64,000 bases of DNA from an uncultured delta proteobacterium (GCA_963737905.1 CAVTUQ010000026.1:128001-192000); one strand, 5' to 3'. Positions 19,344-29,696 are shown, counted from the stretch's first letter. Numbers and translations are program-made. The notes: generated by a model from the sequence alone, not told the origin.

Positions 19344-21647
19344 TCAAACAGCGCGTTTCTTGTGCATCAACTCCAACAAATAGTCCGGCCTCAGTGGCAG
19401 CTTTGTAACTTCCACACCGAGTGCATTGGAAACCGCGTTGGCCAAGGCTGCGCCGGCCGCGGTGATGCCGCCTTCGCCGGCGCCTTTGACGCCCAGCGGA
19501 TTGTGCGGTGACGGAAAATCCTCGGTGGAGATAAGCTGCGCCTTGGACATTTCCATGGCGGTAGGAATCAGATAGTCCATGAAGCTTGTCGCCAGGGGTT
19601 GTCCGTTGCTGTCGTAAACAAATTCTTCCAGCAGCGCGCCGCCGATTCCCTGGGCCAGACCGCCGGCCATTTGCCCTTCGATGATCATCGGATTGATCTT
19701 GCGGCCCACGTCTTCGGTAACCAGATAATCGAGAATTTTTAGGATGCCCGTCTCCCGGTCCACTTCCACCACTGCGACGTGGACGCCATAGGGAAAGGGT
19801 CTTTTGTCGGTGGCGAAAAAGTCTTCCTCTGAAATCCCGGGCGTCATGCCGTTCTTCAACGCCGTGCCTGGAAGCGCCAGCCGGGCGATATCCGTGTAGC
19901 TGAGGGAGCGCTCCGGCGCGCCGCGGACACTGACTCTGCCGTCGCCCAAAATAAGATCGCCGGAGTCGATCTCTAATTGAGTGGAAGCGATGCGCAGTAT
20001 TTTTTGTTTCACTTTGCGCGACGCGCCCAAGGCGGCGCTTCCCGCCATCACCGTCGAGCGGCTGGCGTTGCTGCCGTTGCCGTAGGGAACCTGAGCGGTG
20101 TCACCGTGGACGACCCGCACATTGTCGATGGAGACTTGCAGCTCGTCGGCGACGATCTGACTCAAGGCAGTGGCAATGCCTTGGCCCACGGAGTTGCAAC
20201 CTGAGTACAGCACCGCTTGACCCGCGTTGTCGATTTCTACCCGAGCGTATTCCCATGGCCCGATGCCGCTGGTCTCCACAAAGCAACCGATGCCGACGCC
20301 CATGGCCCGGCCGGCTCGCTTCGCTTCCGCGCACGTTGACTTCAGTTTCTCATAGCCGATGCGCTCCAGCGCGCGTTCCAACTGTCCGGAAAAGTCGCCT
20401 GTGTCATAAACCATATAATGAAAAGGATGCTTGCCGAGATCATAGGGCATCTCTTCATGGCGAATCAGATTGCGTCTTCTAACATCCGCCGGATCCAGGC
20501 TAAGCCGATGCGCGACCATATCGATCAGCCGCTCGCGCACAAAATTTGCTTCGAAACGGCCAGGGCTGCGGTAGGTTCCCACTGGCGTCTTGTTGGTCAG
20601 CACGCAGAAAACATTGCAGCGATAATTTTTGATCCGCAGCGGACCGCGCAACATCGCGGACGCCGCGATAGCAGGAACCCCGCCATGAGTCCTTGTATAT
20701 CCGCCCATGTCGAACAGAATCTCGGCCTCCATCGCCATAATCGTGCCGTCTTTCTTGACGCCGATCTTGACGCGATGCTGCTGCTGCCGCGACTGGTTCA
20801 TCGCCTTGAGATTCTCCGAGCGGTCTTCGATCCAACAGATGGGCTGGCGGAAATGCATCGCCGCGAAAGGAATCAAGAAATCTTCCGGATAGAATTCACC
20901 CCGGGCACCGAAACCACCACCGACTTCCGGTTCGATGAAATGAATGCAGCTCTGCGGCAGGCCGATGAGATCGGAGAGAATACGCCAGTTGGTATGCGTC
21001 ATCTTGGTCGGCCCCCACACCGTGAGGAGCCCGCGGCCTTCGTCGAACTCAGCGACCAGGCCGCGCGTTTCCAACGGCACAGCGGAATGCCGCTGGGTCG
21101 AAAATTCCTCTTCCAAGATCAAGTCACAGCCGGCGAACGCGGCCTCGACATCGCCGACATTGACCTGGAAGTTGGCCGCAATGTTGTTTGGCACTGCGTC
21201 GTGGAGTTGTGGCGCCCCTGCGTGCATGCTCTGGCGCGCGTCGGTCACCGGACCCAGCGCAGCATATTCGACATCGATAAGTTCGAGGGCATCTTCGGCG
21301 ACGTAACGGCTCTCCGCCACCACGACGGCGACGGGGTCGCCCACGTAACGCACTTTGGTCGTCGCAATGGGAGTTTGTTGTGATCGTTCCAAACCTGGAA
21401 TAACACCCGTGCGCATCGGTATCGTCTTCACTCCCGGCATGTCCGCCGCCGTGAGTACTCCGATGACGCCCGGAAGTTTAACCGCCTCGGCACTGTCGAT
21501 TTTCACAATTCGCGCGTGCGCGTGAGAGCTGCGCAAAATCGTGGCGTGCACCATCCCGGCCCGATGAATATCGCCAACGTATTTCCCGATCCCACGGAGA
21601 AGTCTCAGATCTTCTTTGCGTTTTATCCTTGAACCGATGTACGGCAT
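19344..21647 (-). CDS. Xanthine dehydrogenase family molybdopterin-binding large subunit (CoxL-like)
   Basis: RKEDLRLLRG, VGGGFGAR, active-site loop TYRSPGR, GQGIAT, GVKGAGEGG. Confidence 0.93.
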   Translation of the reverse strand: MPYIGSRIKRKEDLRLLRGIGKYVGDIHRAGMVHATILRSSHAHARIVKIDSAEAVKLPGVIGVLTAADMPGVKTIPMRTGVIPGLERSQQTPIATTKVRYVGDPVAVVVAESRYVAEDALELIDVEYAALGPVTDARQSMHAGAPQLHDAVPNNIAANFQVNVGDVEAAFAGCDLILEEEFSTQRHSAVPLETRGLVAEFDEGRGLLTVWGPTKMTHTNWRILSDLIGLPQSCIHFIEPEVGGGFGARGEFYPEDFLIPFAAMHFRQPICWIEDRSENLKAMNQSRQQQHRVKIGVKKDGTIMAMEAEILFDMGGYTRTHGGVPAIAASAMLRGPLRIKNYRCNVFCVLTNKTPVGTYRSPGRFEANFVRERLIDMVAHRLSLDPADVRRRNLIRHEEMPYDLGKHPFHYMVYDTGDFSGQLERALERIGYEKLKSTCAEAKRAGRAMGVGIGCFVETSGIGPWEYARVEIDNAGQAVLYSGCNSVGQGIATALSQIVADELQVSIDNVRVVHGDTAQVPYGNGSNASRSTVMAGSAALGASRKVKQKILRIASTQLEIDSGDLILGDGRVSVRGAPERSLSYTDIARLALPGTALKNGMTPGISEEDFFATDKRPFPYGVHVAVVEVDRETGILKILDYLVTEDVGRKINPMIIEGQMAGGLAQGIGGALLEEFVYDSNGQPLATSFMDYLIPTAMEMSKAQLISTEDFPSPHNPLGVKGAGEGGITAAGAALANAVSNALGVEVTKLPLRPDYLLELMHKKRAV

Positions 21648-21706
21648 GAGTCCCTTATCTCTTACTTCACGTGTTCCAACCGATCAGAGCGCGTCGACGT
21701 GGCATA

Positions 21707-21790
21707 AAAATCCCCCTTGATCCCCCTTTATCAAAAGGGGGAAGTTCTTCCCCAAAGTCACATTTACTTCCCCCGGCCAGGGGAGATTTG
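21707..21790. repeat. Intergenic REP-like palindromes (aaatccccctt...cccttt..caaaggggga family)
   Basis: tcccccttgatccccctttatcaaaagggggaag...ttcccccggccaggggagattt. Confidence 0.6.
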
Positions 21791-21855
21791 TGTGGGTCGA
21801 GAGCCGAACAGCGCATTGAGACACAGCCCTCAAACGCGAGATTCGCTGATACACC

Positions 21856-22347
21856 TCATGATTTATTCTGAACCAAACTCAACTTCTTCGCGGCGTCTTG
21901 AATCGCCGCGACGATGTTCTGATAGCCGGTGCAACGGCACAGGTTGCCGCTGATCCAGTCGCGGATTTCTTCATCAGTCGGGTCCGGGTTCTCTTTCAAC
22001 AAGGCCTCGGCGGTCAGCAAGATGCCGGGCGTACAAAAGCCACATTGCAAACCATGAAGTTCCCAAAACGACTCTTGAAGAGGGTGTAGCTCCGTGGCGC
22101 TTGGAGCCATCCCTTCCACTGTCTTCAGCTGGACACCGTCGGCCTGCACTGCAAAGAACAGGCACGAACGTACGGGTTCCTCGTCCAACAAGACGGTGCA
22201 TGCACCGCAGACGCCGTGCTCACAGCCGACGTGGGTTCCCGTGAGTCCCAGATCGTCACGAATGAAATCCACCAAAAGTTTGCGCGGTTCCGCCTCCCCT
22301 CGGTACGCCCGTCCATTGATTGTCATGGAAATGTTTCGTTTGCCCAC
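21856..22347 (-). CDS. [2Fe-2S]-binding small subunit (CoxS-like)
   Basis: [29 protein letters not shown]. Confidence 0.95.
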   Translation of the reverse strand: MGKRNISMTINGRAYRGEAEPRKLLVDFIRDDLGLTGTHVGCEHGVCGACTVLLDEEPVRSCLFFAVQADGVQLKTVEGMAPSATELHPLQESFWELHGLQCGFCTPGILLTAEALLKENPDPTDEEIRDWISGNLCRCTGYQNIVAAIQDAAKKLSLVQNKS

Positions 22348-22365
22348 CTTAGCTTCTCGATCTCT

Positions 22366-23235
22366 CTATGTTGCAACCAAAGCGCGCGCAGCCGCTTGTT
22401 CCAACACTCGCCGTGCCAGTACCCTGGCGACTTCCTTGCGGTATTGGGCGGTGGCGTGAATATCCGAATCGGGTTCCAGATCTGCTGCCGCCAGATTGGC
22501 CGCGTCGCGAAACAACGCAGATTCAGGCCGCTGCCCCACCAACTGCTGTTCGATTTTCGATGCACGATGCGGCGTCGCACCGAAAAAAACCAGCCGGGCT
22601 CGCTCGATGATTCCATCACTGCGGAGGGTGAGAAGACCGGCCGTCCCCATGAGCGCAAAGTCTCCATGGCGCCGGCTGACTTCCTGAAAGGACCATCCGG
22701 TATGCAGTGGTACTTCCGGCACCCGGATCTCAACAAGCAATTCCCCGGGTTGCAACGTCGTGGTCATGATATCAACAAAAAAATCTTCCGCCCGCACCAC
22801 CCGCTCACCCTTCTCGCTCCGTAGCATCAGGGTCGCCTCCAATGCCGTCATGACCACCGGTAATTCAGCCGAAGGGAACGCGTGGGCCAGGCTGCCGCCG
22901 ACGGTGCCGCGGTTCCTGATCTGCACGTGGCCGATGTAGTGCGTCGCCTCTTGTAGAAGCGGCCAGCCCTCCGCGACGATCTTAGATCGCTCCAGAGCGC
23001 GCTGTCGCGTCATCGCCCCGATGCGCAGCTCACCCCGGTCGACATCGAGATAACTTAGTTCGCCTAAACGATTGAGGTCGACTAATTGCGCCGGCCGCGC
23101 CAGCCGCATGTTCATCATCGGCACGAGGCTCTGTCCCCCGGCCAAAGGTTTCGCCGTATCGCCAAATTGCCCCAACAGGCTCAATGCCTCGGCGAGAGTT
23201 GTCGGATCGTAGTAATCGAATACAGCAGGCTTCAT
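22366..23235 (-). CDS. FAD-binding medium subunit (CoxM-like)
   Basis: LAGGQSLVPMM, IRNRGTVGGS, RRHGDFA. Confidence 0.93.
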   Translation of the reverse strand: MKPAVFDYYDPTTLAEALSLLGQFGDTAKPLAGGQSLVPMMNMRLARPAQLVDLNRLGELSYLDVDRGELRIGAMTRQRALERSKIVAEGWPLLQEATHYIGHVQIRNRGTVGGSLAHAFPSAELPVVMTALEATLMLRSEKGERVVRAEDFFVDIMTTTLQPGELLVEIRVPEVPLHTGWSFQEVSRRHGDFALMGTAGLLTLRSDGIIERARLVFFGATPHRASKIEQQLVGQRPESALFRDAANLAAADLEPDSDIHATAQYRKEVARVLARRVLEQAAARALVAT

Positions 23236-23262
23236 GGGTCCCTAGAGGATCATTTTTCGCTG

Positions 23263-24108
23263 TTACGCCGATGCCAGCGAATGGCTAATGCTTATCCGTT
23301 CGGCACGGTAGAACTCGCCGAGAAAATCTTCCGAATCTTTGTAAGTGCGGTTTGTTACGAGTCGCGCAGAAAATGAAAACACTAGGGGATCCACGTCGAA
23401 CGGGTAAGGGGTCATGACCGCCCGGTGTTCCGACACGGCATCGATGTTGATTTTGACGGCCGGCTTGCCGTGTTGGGTCGGCACATCCACGTCGTTCAAG
23501 GTGTTCGACGGCCCGAGCTTGCGCCATTTGCTGTTGAGCGGATAACGATTGCAGACAAACTGAGCGAGCTGATCGAATACCTCCATGTATTCATAGTTGG
23601 TCCAAATCTGTTCATCCGATGCAAAGTTTTTGAACGCTTCCGATTGGCGAAGTTGCTCTAACAGCTTGAACCGAAGCTGTTCCTGGTGATCGATGTAAGC
23701 CTTCACCCTTGGGTCGCTGGAGCGATCCGGTGGATAGGCGTACTTACCGTACCCGGCGTTCATGAGAGCAACCCCATGCATCGCCATTAAAAGCGCCGCG
23801 TAAGGATCCCGCTGCCGCACGTGGTCCACAGCGTTTTTGTAAAAATCCAGCCGGAGCTGGCCGAGGTATTTGAGACTGCCGTCGTGATAGTCCAGCGGGT
23901 ACCCTTTGTCGTTCAAGGTCGACGGCTTCATCTCCCACTCCCACCAACCGATATCGTGCTCATGGGCAGCCAGTACGACAGATGCATAGGGCTCCGGCTT
24001 GGCGAAGTCTTTGTTGCCCCAATGAGCGGCAAAAAAACCCGCCACACGCGAATGGTCGATCTGCAGCGCCAGCATCAATCTCGAATCATCGTAGGGATTG
24101 ACCATCAT
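23263..24108 (-). CDS. DUF3891-like protein
   Basis: QIDHSRVAG..AAHWGN, HEHDIGWWEWE, DPYAALLMAMH, PYPF. Confidence 0.7.
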   Translation of the reverse strand: MMVNPYDDSRLMLALQIDHSRVAGFFAAHWGNKDFAKPEPYASVVLAAHEHDIGWWEWEMKPSTLNDKGYPLDYHDGSLKYLGQLRLDFYKNAVDHVRQRDPYAALLMAMHGVALMNAGYGKYAYPPDRSSDPRVKAYIDHQEQLRFKLLEQLRQSEAFKNFASDEQIWTNYEYMEVFDQLAQFVCNRYPLNSKWRKLGPSNTLNDVDVPTQHGKPAVKINIDAVSEHRAVMTPYPFDVDPLVFSFSARLVTNRTYKDSEDFLGEFYRAERISISHSLASA

Positions 24109-24175
24109 AGTCGAGTGCTCCTATCGTCGTTCAACGCCGCTTTGTGGCCCAGCCTGTATGTTCTCCTAGCCGCAT

Positions 24176-25192
24176 TTAAGAATCCGCTCGGAAACCGTAG
24201 AACGTTTGCGGGTTGTTCCATGCGATCTGCCGCTTGTCCGTGTCTGAAATATCGTTTCTGTCTTTAAACATTCTCACCGTCTTCGGCCACGAGGTGTCCC
24301 AATGCGGGTAATCGGAAGAGTAGAGAAGCTTATTTGCTCCGACGCGATCAATCACGTAGGGGACCGTAGATTCCTCCAACTCGAAAGCGTAGAAAAACTG
24401 GTCGCTGGCCATGTATTCGCTCGGCTTTCGCTTCAGGAGGGGGGCTTCTCTGGACCCGCGCTTCTCGAACTCTTCGTCCAGGCGGTCCATTAGAAACGGG
24501 ACCCAGCCGCAACAAGCTTCGAGGGCGGCGATGCGGAGTTTGGGAAATTTTTCAGGCACACCGGCGAAGATGAGTCCGGTTAGCGCAGCCATGCATTCAA
24601 ACGGAAAAGAGAGGCTATGGACGGCGATGAAGCTATCGAATCTGCCGTGCATCCGCTCTGCCGCCCGGATTCCTCCATGCAGAGCCAAGCCAACTCCCAA
24701 TCGTTGGACCTCTTCGTAGAACGGCCAAAACTCACGCCTGCCGATATCCTGGTCGCGCACATTGGTCGGCATCATCACGCCGACGAAACCGAGTTTCTCA
24801 ACGGCGCGCCGCGCTTCGCGGATTGCGGCGTCGATATCCTGAAGGGCCACCATCGCCACACCCTTGAGCCGTCTTGGGTCCGTGGCGCAAAACTCGGCGA
24901 GCCAGTCGTTGTAAGCTCGGGCAATGTCCGTCGCCAGATCCGTCTCCTTCTCGGCGTTGAGTGATAGGTGGCTGGGGAAGATCACTTGAATATCGATTCC
25001 GTCGATGTTCATGTCCGCCAACTGGGTCTTGGGCTCTTCATTGCGCTTCCCCAACGTGCCCCCGAAGGAACGGTCCCAGGCCTCTGAGTGCATGAGCGGC
25101 CGGTTGCGATACTCCTTCTTCAAGTGTTTCCTAAGACTCTCATTGGATTCAGTCACATGACCGTCCGCATCAATGATCGGAAACTTTTCCAT
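24176..25192 (-). CDS. Amidohydrolase family protein
   Basis: IIDADGH, YNDWLAEFC, LEACCGWVPF, SSDYPHWD. Confidence 0.9.
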   Translation of the reverse strand: MEKFPIIDADGHVTESNESLRKHLKKEYRNRPLMHSEAWDRSFGGTLGKRNEEPKTQLADMNIDGIDIQVIFPSHLSLNAEKETDLATDIARAYNDWLAEFCATDPRRLKGVAMVALQDIDAAIREARRAVEKLGFVGVMMPTNVRDQDIGRREFWPFYEEVQRLGVGLALHGGIRAAERMHGRFDSFIAVHSLSFPFECMAALTGLIFAGVPEKFPKLRIAALEACCGWVPFLMDRLDEEFEKRGSREAPLLKRKPSEYMASDQFFYAFELEESTVPYVIDRVGANKLLYSSDYPHWDTSWPKTVRMFKDRNDISDTDKRQIAWNNPQTFYGFRADS

Positions 25193-25565
25193 GTTGACAT
25201 CTCCTCTCGGTTATTTTTCGGCGCGTTCGTTATCGACTTCCAGACGTACCATAGAGAATGGATAAAGCCACTGTCACAGAGCAGAGTCAAACCATGCGTC
25301 TATGATAAGAATGATTCCGAGCACGCTGGTCCGCAAAAACCGGTTATATGCCATGCCGTCTCCTTTAAGCCCCGAAGAAAACAATGTAGATTAGAAATTC
25401 AACATCATCGGCGAGAGAATCATGTTTGCGTTTTAAAGAGCTTGTCATAGTCTTTATCTTCGAGCGACCAGAGTATAGACCAGCGAATCGCCAAATTTCC
25501 AGCGGAATTTGCCATACAGGGTGCTGGATAGATTGCTTCATTGTCCAGCGGGAGAGAAAGTTTAG

Positions 25566-26555
25566 ATGAACTATCGCTATCTCGGAAAACAGCGCCTCAA
25601 AGTCTCTGCTGTCGGCTACGGCTGTCCGACCTTTGTCGGTAGGCTTAACGATGGCGACGAAAAACGCGCCATTGACGTTCTTCATCGCGCCATCGATCTG
25701 GGCGTCAACTTTATCGACACCGCGGACCACAATAACGGAAACAATGAAGAGCTGTTGGCCAAGGCGCTCAAGGGAAAGCGGGATCACGTCGTGCTGGCAA
25801 GCAAGTTCGGCAATCTTCGGGGCCAACCTTGGGCCAAAGGCCGTGAGGTCGATGGCCGGCCGGAATACGTGCCTGTCGCTTGCGAGGCGTCGTTGCACCG
25901 GCTGCAAACCGAAACCATCGATCTTTATTATCTGCACCGCGTCGATCCGCAGGTGCCGATCGAAGAGACGGTGGGCGCGATGGTGCGACTCATCGAGCAG
26001 GGAAAGATTCGTTATATCGGTCTTAGCGAGGCCGGGTCGCAGACGCTTCGCCGCGCCAATGCGGTTCATCCCATCACCGCCGTGCAAAGTGAGTACTCTT
26101 TGTGGACCCGAGATTACGAGGACAACACCATCCCCACGGCGCGCGACCTTGGGATCGGCTTCGTTTCGTATTACGCGCTCGGACGGGGCTTTTTTGCCGG
26201 GGCGGTGAAAGATCTCTCGGATTTAGGTCCCAATGATGGTCGACGCAAAGCCCCGCGTTTTTACCTGGAGAATTTCGAGCACAACCGATGGCTCCTCAAT
26301 CAACTGGAGAAGATCGCCGAGGCGAAAAGATGCACGCTGGCGCAACTGTCGCTCGCCTGGATCCTTCATCAGGGCGATTTTTTTGTTCCGATTCCTGGAA
26401 CCCTTCGGATTGCTCACTTGGAAGAAAATGCCCGCGCGGCTGACGTCCTCTTATCCCCGGAGGATCTATCGACACTTGGACGTTTATTTCCACGAAGCGG
26501 CGCGGCCGCCGGCGCGCGTCATGACAAAGACCGCTCCAAGGAATTGAATATTTGA
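25566..26555 (+). CDS. Aldo/keto reductase
   Basis: FIDTAD, LASKFG, IDLYYLHRVDP, IGLSE, QSEYSLW, PIPGT. Confidence 0.92.
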   Translation: MNYRYLGKQRLKVSAVGYGCPTFVGRLNDGDEKRAIDVLHRAIDLGVNFIDTADHNNGNNEELLAKALKGKRDHVVLASKFGNLRGQPWAKGREVDGRPEYVPVACEASLHRLQTETIDLYYLHRVDPQVPIEETVGAMVRLIEQGKIRYIGLSEAGSQTLRRANAVHPITAVQSEYSLWTRDYEDNTIPTARDLGIGFVSYYALGRGFFAGAVKDLSDLGPNDGRRKAPRFYLENFEHNRWLLNQLEKIAEAKRCTLAQLSLAWILHQGDFFVPIPGTLRIAHLEENARAADVLLSPEDLSTLGRLFPRSGAAAGARHDKDRSKELNI

Positions 26556-26653
26556 TGACAATCAGATCGGTCGATGAGTCGGGGGCCTCGTTGGCAAGTC
26601 GTCGTTCGGCTCTAACCTTTGCAATCGGAGGACATTTATCGCTACACTGATAA

Positions 26654-27925
26654 GTGACACCTCAGTGGCGGCGGCAACGCGTGCGAAAACTTTGGGAATT
26701 TAGACCTCTTCGGACAATCCGACATCGAAATTTTCGCCTTCTCTTGGAGGGCGCGCTCATTTCGAGTTCCGGCGACTTCATGCAGAACATCGCCCAGAGC
26801 TGGTTGGTGTGGGAGCTGACGCGGTCCCCTGTTGCGATTGGCGTCGTTGCCTTTTTTGACAGCATGCCTCGACTATTGGTCGGGGCCGTGGGCGGCGCAA
26901 TCGCCGATCGCTCTGATCGACGGCGAGTGCTGTTAATCACACAGACTCTGGCCATGTTTCAAGCGATTATTTATTGGCTAGCGGTATGGTTCCATGTGAT
27001 CGCTTTTTGGCACATCGTCGTCTTGTCCTTTTGCTTGGGGATCGTCAATACGATTAATCAGACAGCCCGGCAGTCGCTGGTTAACAGTCTGGTTCCCAAA
27101 GAGGAATTGCTCAACGCTATCGGGCTGCAATCGTCGGTGTTCAACCTGTCAAAGATTTTGGGGCCTTCTACAGGCGGCATCATGATCGCGTTTATCGGGA
27201 TCGCGGGTTGCTTCTTTGTAAACGCGTTAAGCTTCTTGGCGCTCATCTACAATCTTTACCTCATGGAATTGCCACAATGGGAAGCCCGCGCTGAAAAGCA
27301 GAGCATTTGGCAAGATATCAAAGAAGGTTACACTTATGTGCGGGGGAGCAGGCGCATCTTTCATATTATCGGGCTGTCCTACGTCGTGGCCTTGTTTGGC
27401 GCGCCGTATAACAGGTTTGTCCCTATCTTTGCCACTAATATCTTGCGAGTTGGCCCGACGGGGTTCGGTGTTTTGATGTCGGCTCCCGGACTCGGCGCGA
27501 CGATCGCTGCTTTGGTTCTAGCGACGGTTAAAAAAACCCGGGTGCAGACTCGTTGGGTTTGCGCTTTCGTAATCGGTTTCGCGCTCTCTCTTAGCCTTTT
27601 CGCTTTTTCTCATATTTTCGTCTTGTCTTTCACATTTCTGGCCATGGTCGGTTTTTGTCAAATCGCTGTGCGCGCGTTATGCAACACGGCCATCCAAATC
27701 GAAACCCCGTCGAATTTGTTAGGACGCGTTCTAAGTCTTTTTTTCATGGACCGAGGATTGTGGTCCGCGGGAAGCGTTTTTATGGGAACCGCAGCCTCCG
27801 CCATCGGCATAAACTGGACCTTCGCGGTGTGCTCCGTCGTGTGTACGATTGCGGCGATCAGCTTGCTCACCACGAACGCGCGGAGACGGGCACAACTAGC
27901 CGCGCAACGAGCTGCGCCGTCCTAG
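26654..27925 (+). CDS. MFS transporter (MFS_3/DHA3-like)
   Basis: GGAIADRSDRRRVL motif A; about 12 TM segments; GRVLSL. Confidence 0.88.
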   Translation: MTPQWRRQRVRKLWEFRPLRTIRHRNFRLLLEGALISSSGDFMQNIAQSWLVWELTRSPVAIGVVAFFDSMPRLLVGAVGGAIADRSDRRRVLLITQTLAMFQAIIYWLAVWFHVIAFWHIVVLSFCLGIVNTINQTARQSLVNSLVPKEELLNAIGLQSSVFNLSKILGPSTGGIMIAFIGIAGCFFVNALSFLALIYNLYLMELPQWEARAEKQSIWQDIKEGYTYVRGSRRIFHIIGLSYVVALFGAPYNRFVPIFATNILRVGPTGFGVLMSAPGLGATIAALVLATVKKTRVQTRWVCAFVIGFALSLSLFAFSHIFVLSFTFLAMVGFCQIAVRALCNTAIQIETPSNLLGRVLSLFFMDRGLWSAGSVFMGTAASAIGINWTFAVCSVVCTIAAISLLTTNARRRAQLAAQRAAPS

Positions 27926-27960
27926 TATAGAGGTTATTCCGGGTTTTCTGTGAAGAAGTA

Positions 27961-28051
27961 TTCACCGCAGAGGCGCCCGAGTTCGCAGAGATTGGAGAAT
28001 TTTTCAATCAAGAACTCTTTACTCCGCGTCCTCCGCGCCTTCGCGGTGAAA
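27961..28051. repeat. Nonamer-type inverted repeat (ttcaccgcagaggcgc...ctccgcgccttcgcggtgaa)
   Basis: Terminal inverted ttcaccgc/gcggtgaa; a related copy lies at 33491-33600. Confidence 0.75.
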
Positions 28052-28149
28052 TCTCCGAGTCCTGCTTCACAGGAATGCCTGAAGTCCCAATAAGAGAAGC
28101 TCGCTGCCAGTGAAAACCACAGATTGCCTCTGACCGGAGTCATGCCCGT

Positions 28150-28659
28150 TTAAGCCGTGGGCATGACGTCGCCGCACTCTTTGCAGGTACGGAATTCTTC
28201 GCTCCCGAAGAAGCGCTGGTAGGCCTTCGAAACGGGATCTTCCGCATAATCCCTTACAATGAAGGTCTCTTCGTGCAAAAGAGCGTCACACTTGCGGCAG
28301 TACCAGTGAAAGCGATCGACTTCGCCTTCGCGCCGTTTTCGCTCCGAGATCAGCGCAAAAGCGTCGGGTGGAAAGCGGGGCGAGTGAGGCGTGCCGGCCG
28401 GAGTATAGATTAGGGATCCTTCGGAAATGACTGCGACTTCTTCGTTCCCCTCGGGAGTCCGGTAATGGAGATGCATCTCCCCCTTTATCATATACATCGT
28501 CTCGTCGCTGGGGTTGATGTGAAATTCGCTCCGGTATTCCCGGCCGCGGGCGACGAAGACCAATGAATCGGCTTGCTGCCACAAGACACTGACCCGTTGC
28601 CCTTTCTCGACAAGCCGGCGCGCTTCATCGAGCAGACTCACGATGGGCATGGTAAACAT
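28150..28659 (-). CDS. nbaC: 3-hydroxyanthranilate 3,4-dioxygenase
   Basis: RSEFHINPSDE, PHSPR, ERKRREGEVDRFHWYCRKC and RTCKECG (Fe ligands and rubredoxin-like Cys pairs). Confidence 0.85.
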   Translation of the reverse strand: MFTMPIVSLLDEARRLVEKGQRVSVLWQQADSLVFVARGREYRSEFHINPSDETMYMIKGEMHLHYRTPEGNEEVAVISEGSLIYTPAGTPHSPRFPPDAFALISERKRREGEVDRFHWYCRKCDALLHEETFIVRDYAEDPVSKAYQRFFGSEEFRTCKECGDVMPTA

Positions 28660-28899
28660 GGCGGGCTCCTTTCGATAGTGCGTGGAACAATGAAGTGTTG
28701 GAGTATTGAATTTAGTCACATACGGCGCGCGGTTATGGCTTTCTGATGACTCATAAATAATAATCCCTGATCGCACCTAGCTGACGATTCATGCTCATGG
28801 TCTTAAAGAACTCTGTAAAGCCGTCAGTTTCGGCTGGATAGAAGAACGCTTTGGGTGAGAGGCGCGGTCTGCCCGTCCTTCTAAACCCTACGTTAACCT

Positions 28900-29151
28900 T
28901 CAGTTTTGACCCGAAAGCTCTTCACGCACGATCTTGCGCACCATTTCTTCCGTAAGCGGCTTCGTCGTCAGACCGAGATAGGAGTTCAGTGCATCGTTGA
29001 TTAGGGTCTGATACCCCTTTCCGGTTCTCTGGGATTGAGCCTTGAAGCGCTCCAGAATTCCATCATCAAGATATATCGTGATGCGCGTTTTCCCAACCTG
29101 GGGAACTACCGCTCCGCGTTTGCCCTTGGAAAAGTTATACTCCTTCTTCAT
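28900..29151 (-). CDS. brnA: BrnA family antitoxin
   Basis: MKKEYNFSKGKRG...KTRITIYLD...GYQTLINDAL. Confidence 0.88.
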   Translation of the reverse strand: MKKEYNFSKGKRGAVVPQVGKTRITIYLDDGILERFKAQSQRTGKGYQTLINDALNSYLGLTTKPLTEEMVRKIVREELSGQN

Positions 29152-29233
29152 AACTCCTTCTTTCCTTCGGTTTCGGTTTCCGAGCCGAGATGATGCGAAC
29201 ATCGTCGTCCCGAGGTGTCCAGACCACAACGAT
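29135..29233 (-). pseudogene. brnT: C-terminal remnant of BrnT toxin
   Basis: Translates IVVVWTPRDDDVRIISARKPKPKERRSYEEGV-stop and overlaps the brnA start. Confidence 0.82.
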
Positions 29234-29696
29234 CGGGTGCCCTCTTCAAGAGGTTCCAGATGAAGGGGCCACCAATGCAGAAACCCAGCACCATGAACTT
29301 GTCGATGCCCAGGTGATCCATCAGACTGAGCTGGTCATCGGCAAATGAATCCCACGGCCGGTCGATTTCGAGCGGGCCGGAGGACTGGCCGGTATTTGCG
29401 TTGCGCAGGTCCGACGCGATGCAACGGTACTCTCCCTTGAATTCCTCGACCGGGTTAAAAGGAGCGGTGGTCAAGCCGGAGATAGCCGAGTTTAGTCCCC
29501 CACCGGCGATGAGCAACAACGGGAAGCCGGAACCGGCCTCCTGATAGCGGATGCGAACGGGGCCCTTTTCGTAGAAGGACATGGCAGCGCCTCCCTGCCC
29601 AGTCTGCTGAACAAACGCGCGCGGCGCTGCGGCCATCACCGTCGCTGCGACGCCCGCTTTCAGTATTTTGCGTCTGATCGGATCGATCATCGGCAT
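29232..29696 (-). pseudogene. 3'-truncated alpha/beta hydrolase with a Tat-like signal peptide
   Basis: RRKIL twin-arginine, DLRNA, GFCIGG elbow. Similarity ends at LLKRAPDR, where brnT sequence begins out of frame. Confidence 0.8.

Noticed and set aside
19344-23235. Aerobic CO dehydrogenase (coxMSL)
   Set aside because: The large subunit lacks the AYxCSFR copper-binding loop and no cox accessory genes are present.
25365-26087. 240 aa minus-strand ORF and other long antisense ORFs (e.g. 3266-3955, 15618-16619, 17988-18983, 20418-21383, 40390-41199)
   Set aside because: They lie opposite well-supported genes and carry no motifs; they are shadow ORFs from codon bias.
28775-28898. Second attC downstream of brnA (GGTTAAC ... 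GCTAGGT on the minus strand)
   Set aside because: Both core sites are degenerate and I cannot pair convincing L boxes. It remains possible as a decayed site.
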